Part shown: piece by piece, positions 27,101 to 42,900 of the stretch
Numbering within the stretch: the stretch's first letter is position 1
Layout: every line of letters begins with the position of its first letter
NCBI RefSeq assembly: GCF_964355755.1
Contig: NC_092674.1
Location: forward strand, 14,136,001-14,200,000
DNA: 64,000 bases
Direction: 5' to 3'
Source of the DNA: Antedon mediterranea
Taxonomy: Eukaryota; Animalia; Echinodermata
Program-made: the position numbers and the translations under genes
Notes under the pieces: generated by a model
What the model was told of the DNA's origin: nothing
Database searches by the model: none
The model's input: the letters and a program-made list of their open reading frames with translations, nothing else

Positions 27101-29514
27101 GAGGATTATTTTTTATATTTTTTGAAATAAAGTATGAAAGGAAACATATTCTGTAGGTTTTTGTTTTAAATAGACACGATGGTTTATGTAGTCAACTAAA
27201 ATTAGCATCCTGGGAATTAGACCTACTTCCGAATGAGAAACACATTTTTTTTTATTTGAACTCATTTAAACAAACCCAATATATGTGTTTTGTATATAAC
27301 ATTAGAGTTAAGGGATGGGAAACAGGATGGGAAGAACAATTTTTTTTAAGTGAATTTATTGTAATTAATTAAACTAGGTGGTACGCTCACGTACCACCTA
27401 GGTCGTGTCCACAGATGGTTCTCGAATACACAGTAATGTTATCGTAAAAAAAAAAAGAAGAAACTGGCGATTTCAAATGTACGTAGCGCAGGACTATAGT
27501 ACATTGTCGTTTACAGAAACGAATAAATAGACACGATGATTTATGTAGTCAACTAAAATTAGCACCCTGGGAATTAGACCTACTTCCGAAGGAGAAACTT
27601 GTCTTAAAAATGAGTCCAAATGTTTTTATTTGAACTCATTTGAACAAACCCAATTTGTGTTTTGTATATAACATTAGCGTTGAGGGATGGGGAATAGGAT
27701 GGGAAGAACAATTTTTAAACATATTATTTATCTCCTCAGTAACGAAATATTGTTTTAAATGTTTTATAGGCCTATCAATAATATATCACTAAATGCGGTA
27801 AAACATTTACGTTTTTTGTTTTGTTTTTTGATTTTTTGTTTTTTTACGATTCAAATGGCGACCAAAAATGGTTAATATGTATTTAGAATATTTTCAAAGT
27901 ATTGCAATATCTCAGTTTTAAGTTTCTTCTCCGGGGGCTCATAAATTTACCTACAAACTGGGAGTCTAAGAGATTGGATTGTTCCATTCATCGCAAATCA
28001 ATAAATTTGTACTTAAACGCATATTAACTCAAAATAGTATTTTTTTAAAGAAAAATTGGCCTGTCTTCAACATTATGATACTGTACTCGAGCTGTGTAAC
28101 CGATTTTCAGCTATTAAAAAAACAATTATCGTAGGAGGAGATATGAAAATGCGAAGAATCCTCGTATTATTGTGTGCAGTCTATTAGACAGTGTATACCA
28201 CGAATACACCCTATTTGGGGCAAATCGTTGAACCTAAATTCATTTTAATTAATTGTCAATAACTACTTATCTGAATAAATTTAATTAGTATCAGGTGGTT
28301 AAAATCAGTACCGAGATTCTAACCAACTTTATATACCTTCGAGTAAGCATTCTAGAAATAACGCGTGATTTACCGATTTTTTTCCCTTACGTAAATTTAT
28401 ATATACGGTAGATTATTATTTATCAACAGGTATTTAATCTCTACAGTAATGGAAAAAAATATGAAAGAAAATTATCAGAATCAGATTCTTCAATGAACAC
28501 ATGTATTTCCGACAGTTTGAAAAAGAAAATTGATCGTGCAAATAATGTTTACGATTCAACATATTTTTATTTATTACGTATTTCTATGGTAGCAAAACAT
28601 ATTTTTAATAAACATTTCATTTAAAATTGTGTATTTATATTATACAATTAACTGGTGAAAAAATGAGCATGATGTGATTTATAATTGAAGAGCTATGTCA
28701 GAGTTTGCGTATTTTTGCGATTAACCAACACATTTTTATTTTATTTTTCTTTTACACGTTTCCATGGTAACAAAACATATTTTTCATATTTTATTAAAAA
28801 TTGTGTAGTTATAGTATACAAAATAGTGAACAAATGGGCATAATGTGATTTATAATTGAAGAACTATCTTTGATTTATATGTATTTTTGCAATAAAACGA
28901 CATTACATTACACGTTGCCATGGTAACAAAAACATATTTTTGATAAAGTTTTGATGGAAAGTTATGTATTTATATTATACAATTAACTGGTGAAATGGGC
29001 ATAATGTGATTAATAATTAAAGATGTATTATGATAAAACAATATTTTATGATTTTTTTTGTAAATATTTTTATAGAACATTAAGGATTTACATATCAATA
29101 ACAGTTGGAAAAACTAGGTTGGTACAATTTATGGTTAAAAAGATATATCCAATTATGTAAAATTATCAATGACTGTTTTGGACCCCTTTTAGCTTTTAAT
29201 AAATAAAATAAAACATAGAAACCAATGTCTTACGTGCTGTCCGTTCGGCCATTATGAACCCCTAGCAGAAATCGATGTAAGAATACAATACAACAAAATG
29301 TTAATAATATCCCAAAACGTAGTGTGTATTGCCGTACGATATAATTATTATAGGTATTATACATTATGTACAATGGAGCTAGGCTGAATTCAAAACTTCA
29401 CTTGACCGAACATATGGAAAGGTACACGTTTGTTTGTTTGTGCAATTACTAGGCATAGTCGTTTGTAGACGTTAATATAGAAAGTTAGCTTTTATATTTT
29501 ACTAGGAAGTGGAA

Positions 29515-29559
<45 letters not shown>

Positions 29560-30854
29560 TTTAATATATAAAATATTATATATTATTAAAAATAGAATTT
29601 AACTCGTCACTTTGACCTAATATATATAAATGAATTAAATAAGCAACAGTGTCCCAGTAAATATATCACACAGTAATGAAAACTGGATACTCGATGTAAT
29701 ATCTGAATGTTAGTCTGTTATCGCTCGACATACCATACCAATGTGCAATGTGGTTTGCCGTTACTGTAGTGCCTGTCTGTTAAAGCACGCTAGATTTCAG
29801 TGTAAATCGTACTCTCGGGCCTGAACATCTAATACAGTACTGTTTTAAAAGAGCTTTTATAACAAAAATGTTTGTCGTTAATATCTTCCTACGAAAGGAA
29901 GGATTTATGTATGGGCCTTGTCTTCGACTAAGGCGAAATCAATGTGCGGGTCGTTATCGCACGACATATACAATGCATGTGCGTGTCGTTCATCGCACGA
30001 CATATAAGAGTATATGTGCGGGTAATGTTTGTGTCGTTAATATCTTCCTGCAAGAGGATTTATGTATGGGCCTTGTCTTCGACTAAGGCGAAAGTAAATG
30101 TGCGAGTCGTTATCGCACGACATATAAAATTCATGTGCGAGTCGTTCATCGCACGACATTATAAGAGTATATGTGCGGGTAATGTCTGTGTCGTTAATAT
30201 CTTCATACAAGAGGATTTATGTATGGGCCTTGTCTTCGACTAAGGCGAAAGTAAATGTGCGGGTCGTTATCGTACGACATATAAAAATGCATGTGCGAGT
30301 CGTTCATCGCACAACATAACAGTATAAATATCGTTAATATCTTCCTACAAGAGGATTTATGTATGGGCCTTGTCTTCGACTAAGGCGAAAGTAAATGTGC
30401 TAGTCGTTATCGCACGACATGTAAAATTCGTGTGCGAGTCGTTAATCGCACGACATGTAAAATCGTGTGCGAGTCGATAATCGCACGACAATAAAATTCG
30501 TGTGCGAGTCGCAAATCGCACGACATGTAAAATTCGTGTGCAATCGTTAATCGCACGACATGTAAAATTCCTGTGCGAGTCGTTAATCGCATGACATGTA
30601 AAATTCGTGTGCGAGTCGTTAATCGCACGACATGTAAAATTCGTGTGCGAGTCGTTAATCGCACGACATGTAAAATTCGTGTGCGAGTCGTTAATCACAC
30701 GTCATGTAAAATTCGTGTGCGAGTCGTTAATCGCACGACATGTAAAATTCGTGTGCGAGTCGTTAATCGCACGACATACAGTATAGTATAAGAGTATAAT
30801 AGGTAATGTTTGTGTCGTTACTATTTTCCTACGAGAGGACAACATAATTATACA

Positions 30855-30903
<49 letters not shown>

Positions 30904-33900
30904 GGTACGTATAAAGTCGAAAAAACTTGTGTTAAATCACAGTGGCGGCCGAACAGTTGGCCCTCATGTAAACTGGAATCACACCAGTAGCCTGGACACA
31001 CCCTAAAATACACTCACGTTACCACACATAGCCTACAGTACATAGGTAGACTTTCCATAACGGAAAGGGCTGTATTTGTAGTCGTGGTAGTTATGAGTAA
31101 CTGAGTTGCATCGCATAAGGTGCCGGATTGTTAGAAAACTTACTTGTAAAAACGTTGTCGTGTTAGAATGGAAATCGGTGATGGAAAATAAGAAAAATTG
31201 TCTTCAACTTAATGTGATCGTGTTAACAGAGAGGGTGCTTGATCAAAGAGGTCGAAAACCCACCCTCTCCGTTCTTAAAATAGAATTGTGTTCCCAGCCC
31301 AATTCTTGATTGTTTTAAAAAACACCCATTTTTTATTTAAAAATAAAACATTGCAAATCGGCGAGATTCGATGGCATGCGTGACTGGCGAAAACTTGCAT
31401 GTTTTGTCGTACTGTAGGCCTATCAGTAGGCATACAGTGACACGTGTATCTTACGTATCCCACGGTACAAAATGTCATACAAATCGTACATTTAATAATT
31501 CGAACAGTCTAGATCGTGAACATAATTCGTAGCGTACGTATACACAGTACACGACGTACGCTTCGCCTAACTATACGCATTTTGATCCCTGGATGGAACA
31601 TGATGTATATATTACGCGTAAATCGTGTGTTTCACGATGCCACTGGATCGGTCACTTAATAATAATAATTAATTTAATTTTCCAATTCATCATGTGTTTG
31701 TCATTACTATGAACTTTAATTGTACTGATTCGAATAATTAATCAGTATAATAATGCTTACCTTCTGATCAATGTTAGTTACATTGAAAACCTTATCCCAA
31801 AGATGCGATGTAAATCAACAGTTGAATAGCAAGAGGAGACATGGGTCGGCTAATTCACTTGCAATTGTTTGTCTTCAGTTTAACAATTATTTGATGACAA
31901 AGTAACAGTTACTGCATAGTCAGAGTGACAATAGTTATAAGAATTATTGTTTCAGATTTGTAGTAATTACGTCAAGTATAGCCTCTTATATATTCTCTGG
32001 TGGTAGCCATGTCAACCACTTGACAGTTATTGTGCATGGCAAAGTGCAAAGTGCCCTGATATTTGCACGGTAAAATCTATACAACAACACCTGCAGCCCC
32101 ATGATTATGTTTAACAATAATATGTAAAATTAATGTTAAACATCAGAGATGTTATCTATCGGGTTGCCAGTTATAATGTAATAAAAACAAATAATACTAG
32201 AATATAAAAACTACATAATGAAAAAAGAAAACCTGGATAACCCCATTTCGTTAACTATACTAACTTTAGCTAAATTGGAGCTCATCAGTCACACATTGTA
32301 GTACATTCCGACTATCAGGAATCTTAAATAAACAATGGTAGGAAAGCGTAAACTTACTGTGAGTTTTTTGTAATTTTGGCCTAAAACAGTTTGGGTGAAT
32401 TGTGTTACTCACGCTCACTCTGCAATCACGATCTCTTTTCGCGAATTCTAATCTCACATAAATGGGCAATAAAATCACTAATAATTAAATTCTACAATGT
32501 AAAGGAAGCCAATGAAGTTCGAAACCCTTTGACACATCAAATATAAGCCTATCGGCCCGTTGTGTAATAATTTCAGTTTTTTACCAACAAATAGCGTGTT
32601 ACATTAGTCCAGTCTATAAAAGGATCAGTGGCATCATCGCACTTCACATTACCTATAAACTGTCTAATTCTGCCTAAACCTCTCGCTCACCCTCTAGTAA
32701 GTGTGGACGATGAATCTCGGAATATAACAATTTAAAGTACCATGTTTATTATTTGGGGCGTGATGGGTGTTAGGGTGGCGACGTTCATTCGAGGGAGGCG
32801 TTTGTTGGTAACATTCCATAAATAATACATTCCTCTAGATATTGACAAACCTGCCTTTAAATATAATAAATATTAAGACTAAAAATAATTTTGGTAAAAA
32901 TATAGCAGAACTTGTATTATCAAGATACTGATTTATGGTGGCCCATCTTGGTTTTGTGTTGATTTGTTTATGTCCTTTATTACTGTATGTTAATTTTCAT
33001 TGATATGTATGCTTTTGCTATTTAGTGTTAGTCTTTGAAGTAAATGTATTTGTTAGTATGGGGCAAACCTTTTGCTATTCGTGACTAAAGAGTAACATTA
33101 CAACACCGTATTTAAACATTATCAAGAGGTGATAAATAAATACACAATTCTATCAAAATGCTTGGTAAATTGTAGATATAGGAGTCAATGAATTCTTCTA
33201 CAAATATAATTGTGTTTGTGTTAAAATACAATATTGCGTTGATAATATTATGTGGCGGGGCGTTTATTAGAGGGTGGAGGTTGAATATTCCAAAGATTGT
33301 TCATGTGGGAGAGGCGTTTATTCAAATAAATGCATTAGATCTAATTGGCATAATTAATACATTGTTTAGTTTCAATCAAACAACAAATAATGACAATCAT
33401 GAGTAGGCCATTTCGGCATACGCAAGACGTTTTCAAACGGCTTGCAACAACATAAGCCAAAGCATCCCGGGTCTCACGGCGATACACATGCAGGTATGCA
33501 GTATCTATATATAAATTATGGTTAATTCTGACATAGGCGAGCACAATGCAAAAACTTTGGTACAAATCTCCGCCTTGGATACATACCTTATCTATCCGAG
33601 ATGTACCGCGAAACGTAGATTTGATAACATTAGTGTGCACGCCGACGCTATTGTTCCATATTTATATCTTAGGAAGATATTACAAAGAGTTTTTTAACAA
33701 CATTTATGATTTCAACATTGGATTTTCCTCTCAATTTCAATTCTTCCCGGTCAAAGTAATTTCCGGGTTTAAGATAAGTTCACCTTAGTTTCAAATATTT
33801 TCTCTCTTTTATACACAAGGGAGCAGTTAAAATAATAGATTTGACCCTAAAGGTGACTGGAAACAGGCACTTTCCATCAATCAATACAGTGTCCCTTTGA

Positions 33901-36900
33901 AAGACGAAAACAAAATTGGCCATTAATCATAGCCATTTCAGTTTTTTGTTTATTTTAAAACATACCACACGTGTGTGAAGGTACAGTAGTTAAATAATAG
34001 GAATTATACTGCAAATTAATAAAGATCAAATTAAATATACGCCATAAAGAATCAGAATATATTGTGGGGAATAGTATTATAAAATTACATAGGGAGATTT
34101 GATAAGACATTTTTCGAGTGAAATCCCGATAGCTGAGTTTTATTGAGTAAGCTTGCAGGAATAACTGTAGGCTATCTTCCTGTGTCCCGTTAGGACCGAG
34201 ATGTCTGCCCATGTTGCAAGCCGTAATGTCTTCTTTCTTGGGCCCACTCTGTCACGGCAGTTAGTTTCAAAAAATGATTAAATTAAATAATGTATTAATA
34301 ATTATTAGGATGGTATTCATTTGAATAAACGCCTCTCCAATAAAACATCACTTTGAATAATAACCCCCCCCCCCCCGCCCCCACACAACCCAACTATCTA
34401 ATAAACGTCCATTCACATATTTAGCATTTGTTATTTTTTTTTACCACTTTTCATATCTATGAGAGGATTTCATTTGATTATAAATGTTACCATATTATTA
34501 GAACTAAAAAATTTAACATATATCCCTCGAATAAGCACCTCCCTCAAATGACCTCCGCCTCCCCAAAGGGCCCTACCAAACAATAAAAACTATACTTTAA
34601 AATGTTATTAATCATCTAAAACACTGTGAAACAAAGTAGTTCAGTTTTACGAATGTCAAGCATTTTCAATAATGGTAACCGACAGAAAATGTATAAGGAG
34701 AACATTATCATTCCGAGAACCATCGTCTACACTTCCTAGAGGGGGAGCGAGCGAAGCGAGCTCACCCTCTAGTATATTTAATTTTGCTTAAGTTCAGTCT
34801 ACACTATCAAACTTTATGTGAAAAAATTGATATGCCCATATTATAGGCCTATGGATATCACTACCATATTTGGGCACATAACATTTTTTTTATTCTACAT
34901 TTGTTTGTATGTGTATTATACAAACATGGTGATGTTATTGACACCGATATCAGACCTTCTGTTCTTTCAGACCATCAAGCTATTTCGTTGAAAATTATAA
35001 ATAGTCATAAGAAAAAAGGACCTGGAAATTGGAAATTCAATAATAGTTTTTTGGAGGATAAAGATTTTATACAAAGCATTTTAAATATTATTGAAAATAT
35101 TTAAAAAAATGAAAACAAGCTTAATCCAAGTCTCTTATGGGAATACCTAAAAATTAAAATAAAGGAATTCTTGTGTAAATACGGAATAAATAAGAAAATC
35201 CAAAAAAAATATAAGAAAGAATACATTAATTAAAGAAGTGTATACGTTAAACGATGAGCTTGATGGTGCTTATGATCAAAAGACAGAAAAGATATTAAAT
35301 AACAAATTAAAAGAGCTAAACCAAATGTATACATCTGAAGCAAAAGGAGCACAAATTAGGGCTCGAGTAGAATGAACTGAAAAAGGAGAAAGAAATACTA
35401 AGTTCTTTTTAGGTTTAGAAACCTAATGGGAAAATTACTACAAACACCCAGGAAATTCTTAACGAGCAAGTTAGGTTTTTCAAAGAATTGTATAAAGAAA
35501 CCCCTTCAAACCAGGAAAATATTAATAGTTATTTTGGTAGTACTAAAATCAATACACTGTCATTTGAAGAAGAGCAATAATGTGAATGTGTGTTAACAAA
35601 TTATGAATGCAAGATGGCTCTTTTAAACATGAAGTTAAATAAAAGTCCTGGTATAGATGGGCTAACAGTCGAATGTTATCGCACATTCTGGGATTCCTTA
35701 GGAAATTTATTGTGTGATTCTGTTAACTTCAGTTTCTTGAATAAAAAACTGACATCTTCGCAACGTAAAGGTATTATTTCATTACTGTATAAAAAAGGTG
35801 AAAGAGAGAAGCTTCATAATTGGAGACCTATTACTCTTTTGAATATTGATTATAATATTATTGCACAAGTGTTAGCCAATATGTTACATTCGGTCATTAG
35901 CTCCATATTTAATAATGATCAAAAGGGATATATCAAAGGCAGGTTCTCGGGTGAAAGCATAAGATTAATAGAAGATTTACTTGATTATAGTGACGCCTAT
36001 GACACCAACGCAAGTATAAAACAACTACCGTATATTTCGGTGTATAAGTCGCACTTTTGACACGCAAATTTGACCTCCAAATTAAGGGTGCGTCTTATAC
36101 ACCGAACATAAATGCCTCACCACACAGATTGTACATAGGCCTAGGCTATCGTCACCTCGTTTGCTAGGCCTGAGTAGGCTAGGCCTAGCTACAGTAACTA
36201 ACTAACGTAACGGCAACCTGCTTCTGCCTAGGCCTAGTTTTCAAGTCATTTTAGCATGATGTTATACTAAATATGATGAAAAGATTTGTTCATTATGGCG
36301 CTCCGATAAAATTTCATTTGTACGTAAACGTTTACGTCGTACGATTGGAATAGTATTTATTTATACAGTAGTTATACGCACGATCGCCGTACCCCAAGCG
36401 CAAGCCCTTCTTTTGGTGGCACATGGTGTGCGGTATTCGACTAGTATATTCTCCAGGTGATTATAGCATGGACCTAGCGTACACACTTCTCGGATACATA
36501 GATACTAATCGAATACGATTGTCTGTGAAAACGTGCGCCCTCTCGAAATGATCGAGCGAGGCTAGCCCACACACGTGCGTGTTACACACACGACGGTCAT
36601 GCACTCGATGTTGCGGCGAAACTCATGAATAACAAGTGAGAAAGAACTTGTTGAGGCTGGGCGCGGCCGAGCCTAGGTAAGAAAAAACCTAAATAAAGGA
36701 CGCCGTTGTAGATATAACAAAATATATTATCACAATAATATTGATTACAATTTAAAAAAACATTGTTTTGATGAAATATAAGGTGCGTCTTATACATCGA
36801 CGATATAAAAAATACCGATATTTTACTCTCAGTTGGGGGTGCGTCTTATACACAGGTGCGACTTATACACCGAAATATACGGTATATTCTACAAATAAAC

Positions 36901-39900
36901 AGGATCAGAAATAGACAATGTAGTCGCTTAGTATATATACCAATTTCATCATGTAACTTCTGTGTTCAGTGTTCTGTTATTTACGTACACTATACAACAA
37001 CACCTGCAGCCCCGTGATTATGTTTAACAATAATATGTAAAATTAATGTTAAACATCAGAGATGTTATCTATCGGGTTGCCAGTTATAATGTAGTAAAAA
37101 CAAATAATGCTAGAATATAAAAACTACATAATGAAAAAAGAAAACCTGGATAACCCCATTTCGTTAACTATACTAACTTTAGCTAAATTGGAGCTCATCA
37201 GTCACACATTGTAGTACATTCCGACTATCAGGAATCTTAAATAAACAATGGTAGGAAAGCGTAAACTTACTGTGAGTTTTTTGTAATTTAAATTATAATA
37301 GTATGACGTTAATTAGGCCTATTTCAGATAACAGGATAGCGGATTTTGTTTTATCAGGCTCACTCTGCAATCACGATCTCTTTTCTCGAATTCTAATCTC
37401 ACATAAACGGGCAATGAAATCATTATTAAAAACATGTAAGCTTATACAGTAGGCATATATTTATAGTATTTATTAATCTATTTTTTGTATTGTTTTACTT
37501 GGTTTCATCGTATTAATAGCCTATTCGTGGATACTATTTTAAAAAATACAAACAAAGGTTTGCATTTTTTGACGATGGTTTCGCTGTATAGCTTAATGTC
37601 TGTTTCTATAGAAACTCTCAGATCAACCGGCGGACGCTTTAAATAATGTTGCTGATGACTTTTATGATGATTTTGAAGAATAAACTGAATAATTAAAAAT
37701 GAGGCATATAAAAATCATTTTGCAGGATTGATTTCCGTAATATAAATTATGTAAAAGCGTTGTTTCCAGTTTTTATAGTTGAGGCCGACATATCGAGTAT
37801 GATGTTATACAAAATTATGATTGCTATAAAAACATGATAGGAAAATAACTATTGTTGTTACGTTGTACCATGTTGTGTTGAAGTTTAACAGAACAATATA
37901 AATAGTTCTAATGGTTCTGCTAATTTAGTATTATTTATATAATGTAGTGACAGTACTTTAGGTATGTTATTACCGGTTCGCCATTTAAATTTGAAAATGA
38001 AACCATTTATTTTAATAACACTGAACTATATAGCACCCTCATTAATAATGTTTGTAAAACTTACATTGATTGTAATATCCAACTTAGCACCTGCCTTGAG
38101 CAAAATACTGCAAACATCTGTGTGGCCCTTACTTGCAGCAGAATGCAAAGGTGTCCAACCGTTCTGAAATATTACAAACATTATGTCATAGTATTTTTCA
38201 CTTCACATCAAACTATCTAATATTGTACTAAAATAAATAAGGTGTGATCATGTGTAATACAAATTCAATTAAATAATTACATTTATATAATCATTTAAAG
38301 TATGTGTAATCAGTGCTACTAAGCGCCTTTGATGATTACATTGTTTACTTAATTATGGCAACACAAACACAATATAAGTATATTAAAGTTACTTTTTGAA
38401 ACTTAAAATTCAGCACCCGTCTATTTACAGGAACTAATTCAGAAGTATAACCCTGGTCGCCAGGGACTCAGATCTACATAAGATATTACTCGTCTTGTTG
38501 TTCCTAAAACTAATGGACTATTTAGTGATAAATCATTTTCTGTCATTGGACCTAAGTTATGGAACAATTTACCTATTAATGTTCGTATTGCTCCAAGTAT
38601 ACAATGTTTTAAAAAATTGTTAAATAGTTTTCTTAATTTAGATATGTACTCCTTTTTTATTTAGAGCGAACGCAAACAAGGATGAACTAACTCAGAACAT
38701 AATCACTAAGCGTTCAACCCCAGGCAGGCTGCCCACGGCAGACCGGAATACGTGAGGGTACGATCCTCCCTGCCTCTAAAAACTAAACACTTAACAAAAA
38801 CGAGATGCGAGAAAACAGAAATTACGATATGTACTGCTCTAATTAATGTACAGCGCTTTGGTCTTTGGGGAAAAGCGCTTTATATATACATATACATATA
38901 GTATAGTATAGTATACAATACATTGCCATAAATAGGTTGTTAAATGATACGGGTATGTACTTCTTGTATCTAATTTGTAAACAACAATATAATTTTAATT
39001 ATAAATTTGTAATATTAAACCATTGGACAGTGTGTGTGTGAAATATGTAATGTACTTCCTCTATCTAATTTATAAAAAAATATATTTTAATTAGACTTGT
39101 CTTTATTCATTAGGCATAATGTGTATGTACCAGTTCCAGAAACGAATGAAAAACGATTATTAATAAAAGTATGAAAGAACACTTAAAACGAACAATGCTT
39201 AATGGTTTTCCTAAAAATTTAACTCAATCATCACCGTGATGAATTCGGGATATTTGCGTCATAACATGAAATACACATAATACTCTATGATCTGCAAAAA
39301 AAAAATCTTTATAGTGTGCTGAGTGGTGTCTATCAATTTTGTACATATAGTAACAATGTGGTCCAAGCATGAGCTTTTTTCTTTTCCTTCTATTATTATC
39401 CTTAATAACATTGCTAATTAATTTCATTTCTTATAAGAAACTCCTTATATTCTTGTGATAATCCCGCGATAATAATAAGTAACATCAGCAACACTAAATA
39501 CGTACACTTTTCATAAAGGAGAAATTATATCCAGGTTATTAGTGTATGGGTAGTAGCACAACTATCATTTATTCTGGTGATTACCGTAACAGATCACAGT
39601 TTAACGTTGGGAAACATGTAGTGTTAATTTAATATAGGCATAATAAAATAAAAAATAAAAATTATTAATAAAGATTACGGTATAAGTTCACCTTATCAAT
39701 AAATGATTAGGAGAAAAAAAATAATAAACCGGACGTGTTGGTCAGCCGATTGCAAATTTGAACCAAATCAAATGAAAACGGAATAAAAACAATACCATAT
39801 ATTTATATTGTATGATCAATATTGCACTTGTTTAGTGAATTTTAGATGTTAAAACGGCAACAATACGAGCTAGGCCTACTTTGTAGTGGCATGAAAGTAG

Positions 39901-42900
39901 AGTATGGCTTACGTGGTTTAACGTCTGAACTGTACTAACTTTAAATCAACTGAAGCTCATCAGTCATACATTTTGGATTTGACAAAACATTTAAAATCAA
40001 AACTGATTACATTCCGATTTTCGGGATGTTTAAATATTGTCAAAAAGGTAGGAAGACCTAAACTTACTGTGATTTTTTTGTATTTAAATTATAATAGTAT
40101 GAGGTTAATTTGGCCTAAAACAGTTTAGTGAATTGTGTTACTCACGCTCACTTTGCAATCACGATCTCTTTTCGCGAATTCTAATCTCACATAAATAGGC
40201 AATTAAATCATTCATAAAAACATTCAAATGTCTTAAACTAAATTCTACAATGTAATGAATTAGTGACACCTCAAATATAAGCCTATCGGCCCGGGTGTGT
40301 ATATGTATGTTAAAAGTACAGCATTTATGCAGACAGCATACACTTGCTGATAGTTATACATATACATACCTATTGACAGTAGCAGAATCGGGTGCTTATT
40401 TGCAGTTTTTTTACCAACACATAGCGTGTTACATTAGTCCAGTCTATAAAGGGACTAGTGACATTATCGCACGTCGCATTACCTATAAACTGTCTAATTC
40501 TGCCTCTCGGTCATCCTCTAGTAAGTGTGAGCGATGGATCTCGGAATGTTAAATAATAACTCGGGTAAAACATTGGTTACCCTATTTATTGCAATGCTTG
40601 CTATTCGTTAAAATAAACATAATCTGTTTGTCAGTGTCTTTTTTAGACTAAATAAGATGAGGAATATAACAATTTAAAGTACCATGTTTATTATTCGGGG
40701 CGTGGTGGGTGTTAGGGTGGCGGCGTTCATTCGAGGGAGCCGTTTGTTGGTAACATTTCATAATTAATACATTCCTCTAGATATGGACAAACCTGCCTTT
40801 AGATATAAAGAATATTAAGACTAAAAATAATTTTGTTAAAAATATAGCAGAACTTGTATTATCAAGATACTGATTTATGGTGGCCCATCTTGGTTTTGTG
40901 TTGTTTTGTTTATGTCCTTTATTACTGTATGTTAATTTTCATTGATATGTATGCTTTTGCTATTTTAGTGTTAGTCTTTGAAGTAAATGTATTTGTTAGT
41001 ATGGGGCAAACCTTTTGCTATTCGTGACTAAAGAGTAACATTACAACACCGTATTTAAAAATTATCAAGAGGTGATAAATAAATAAACAATTCTATCAAA
41101 ATGCTTGGTAAATTGTAGATATAGCAGTCAATGAATTCTTCTACAAATATAATTGTGTTTGTGTTAAAATACAATATTGCGTTGATAGTATTATGTGGCG
41201 GGGCGTTTATTAGAGGGTGGAGGTTGAATATTCCAAAGATTTTTCACGTCGGAGTGACGTTTATTTAAATAAATGCATTAGACCTAATTGGTATAATCAA
41301 TGCATTATTTAATTTAAATGAAACACCAAATAATGACAATTATCAGTATTTCGGCATAAGCAAGACGTTTTCAAACGGCTTGCAACACCATGGGCCACAG
41401 CATCCCGGGTCTCAACGGCGATACACATGCAGATAACGCACAATTGATTTGATATTTTTATGGGGTTTTTTTTTGCAGTATATATTTTATTTTGCTTAAG
41501 TTCAGTCTACACTATCAAACTTTATGTGAAAAAAAAGTGATGTGCCCATATTTGGACATGATGATGTCATATCACTACCATTATTTGGACACATTACACT
41601 TTTTTTATATTTTATGTATCTTCATTTCTTATTCAACGTATAAAATGGAACTTCGTGTAATCGCTGACGGGATAGCGACATATTCTGACACTTTGCTTGA
41701 TTCAATAACAGTAGGTTGGCTGTAGACCACTTTGCAATATACTCTACTACGACGTCCTCTTGTAATGATAATATATCACAATCTGAGCGAATACATCTTG
41801 AAAAGAATGTGTCATCCGCGTATTGTCAGGGTTTATTTTGTAAATGTGGTTGCAAAACATAAACATTAAATATTAATGGTCCAAGACATGACCCTTGTGG
41901 TATAGCCTACCGGATATAACTGATGTCCATGACAAATACTTGCCCTGAAATACCGGGTGTCGCGATACCTAAGATCATGAAAGCTAAGACCCTCTAAGAC
42001 CTAAGAATACAAAACCTAAGACACAAGACCAACTAAATGTATCGTAAAAAGCATTAATAAATGAAACCTACTATGTTTAAAATTGTGTATAGATAAACAA
42101 TAGACACGTTTCGCGCTGGCGAGGTCACCGTCAGTTTGACCTTTTAGTGGGTATACAATGGTAAACAAACAAAGCGAGAGATATGTTAAAGCATGGGAGA
42201 ACCGAGAGATGATCATCTTAAAAAGCAATCGTCAAAACTAGCCTTTTGATGGAATGGCATGGTAAGGATGTTATTTATTTTCTAAACTTATGTTTTATAT
42301 ATTCACTGTAGAATTATTTGGGCATTTGGTTCGGAATCATCGACTTTATTTATGTATTGTCATTTTTGGTTTGACACATATATTACGGTGCATTTAATAC
42401 ATGTTAACTGTTGATTTTATTTACAAATGTTGCGTAAATATATTAATTATTATCTTTCATTCTTCTTCATGCTCCTATTGCATCTTCCATGTATTATGCG
42501 ATGTTCTTCGGCGCTTAAACAGACACCCAAGCCTCCTAAGCCTAGACGAAGTACCGCGCATTAGGCAAGGCCACCGGGCGGGCGGAGAGACACGAGCACA
42601 TCGTGGACGTACCTTTCCTTGAAAAATTTCCAAGATTTTGCGCCACTATCCTTCGGAGCCGACGCAAACCACTCAGCAAGTGTTTGAAAATTCAAAACAG
42701 GAATATTTTTCAGTGATTTTGTGTAGTTAAATTCACGATTTATCCAACATATACAACATTTATGATGCACCTTGCAACAAAAGCACTCGGCAGTGGCCAT
42801 TTCGCTATGCTTTAACACGCACTAGGCGAGAGGTGTTCGGTTTGTTTACAAATCTATACCCACTATTTCTGATTGGTCGCCAGCGCGAAACGTGTCTATT

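Noticed and set aside
30395-30780. 36-bp palindromic repeats resembling a CRISPR array
   Set aside because: Units are head-to-tail with no unique spacers, there are no cas genes, and the context is a eukaryotic intron; the repeat-derived ORFs are artefacts.
31975-32060. Possible decayed ankyrin exon ([14 protein letters not shown]) on the minus strand
   Set aside because: In-frame stop, no donor at 99 bp, and no cassette flanks.
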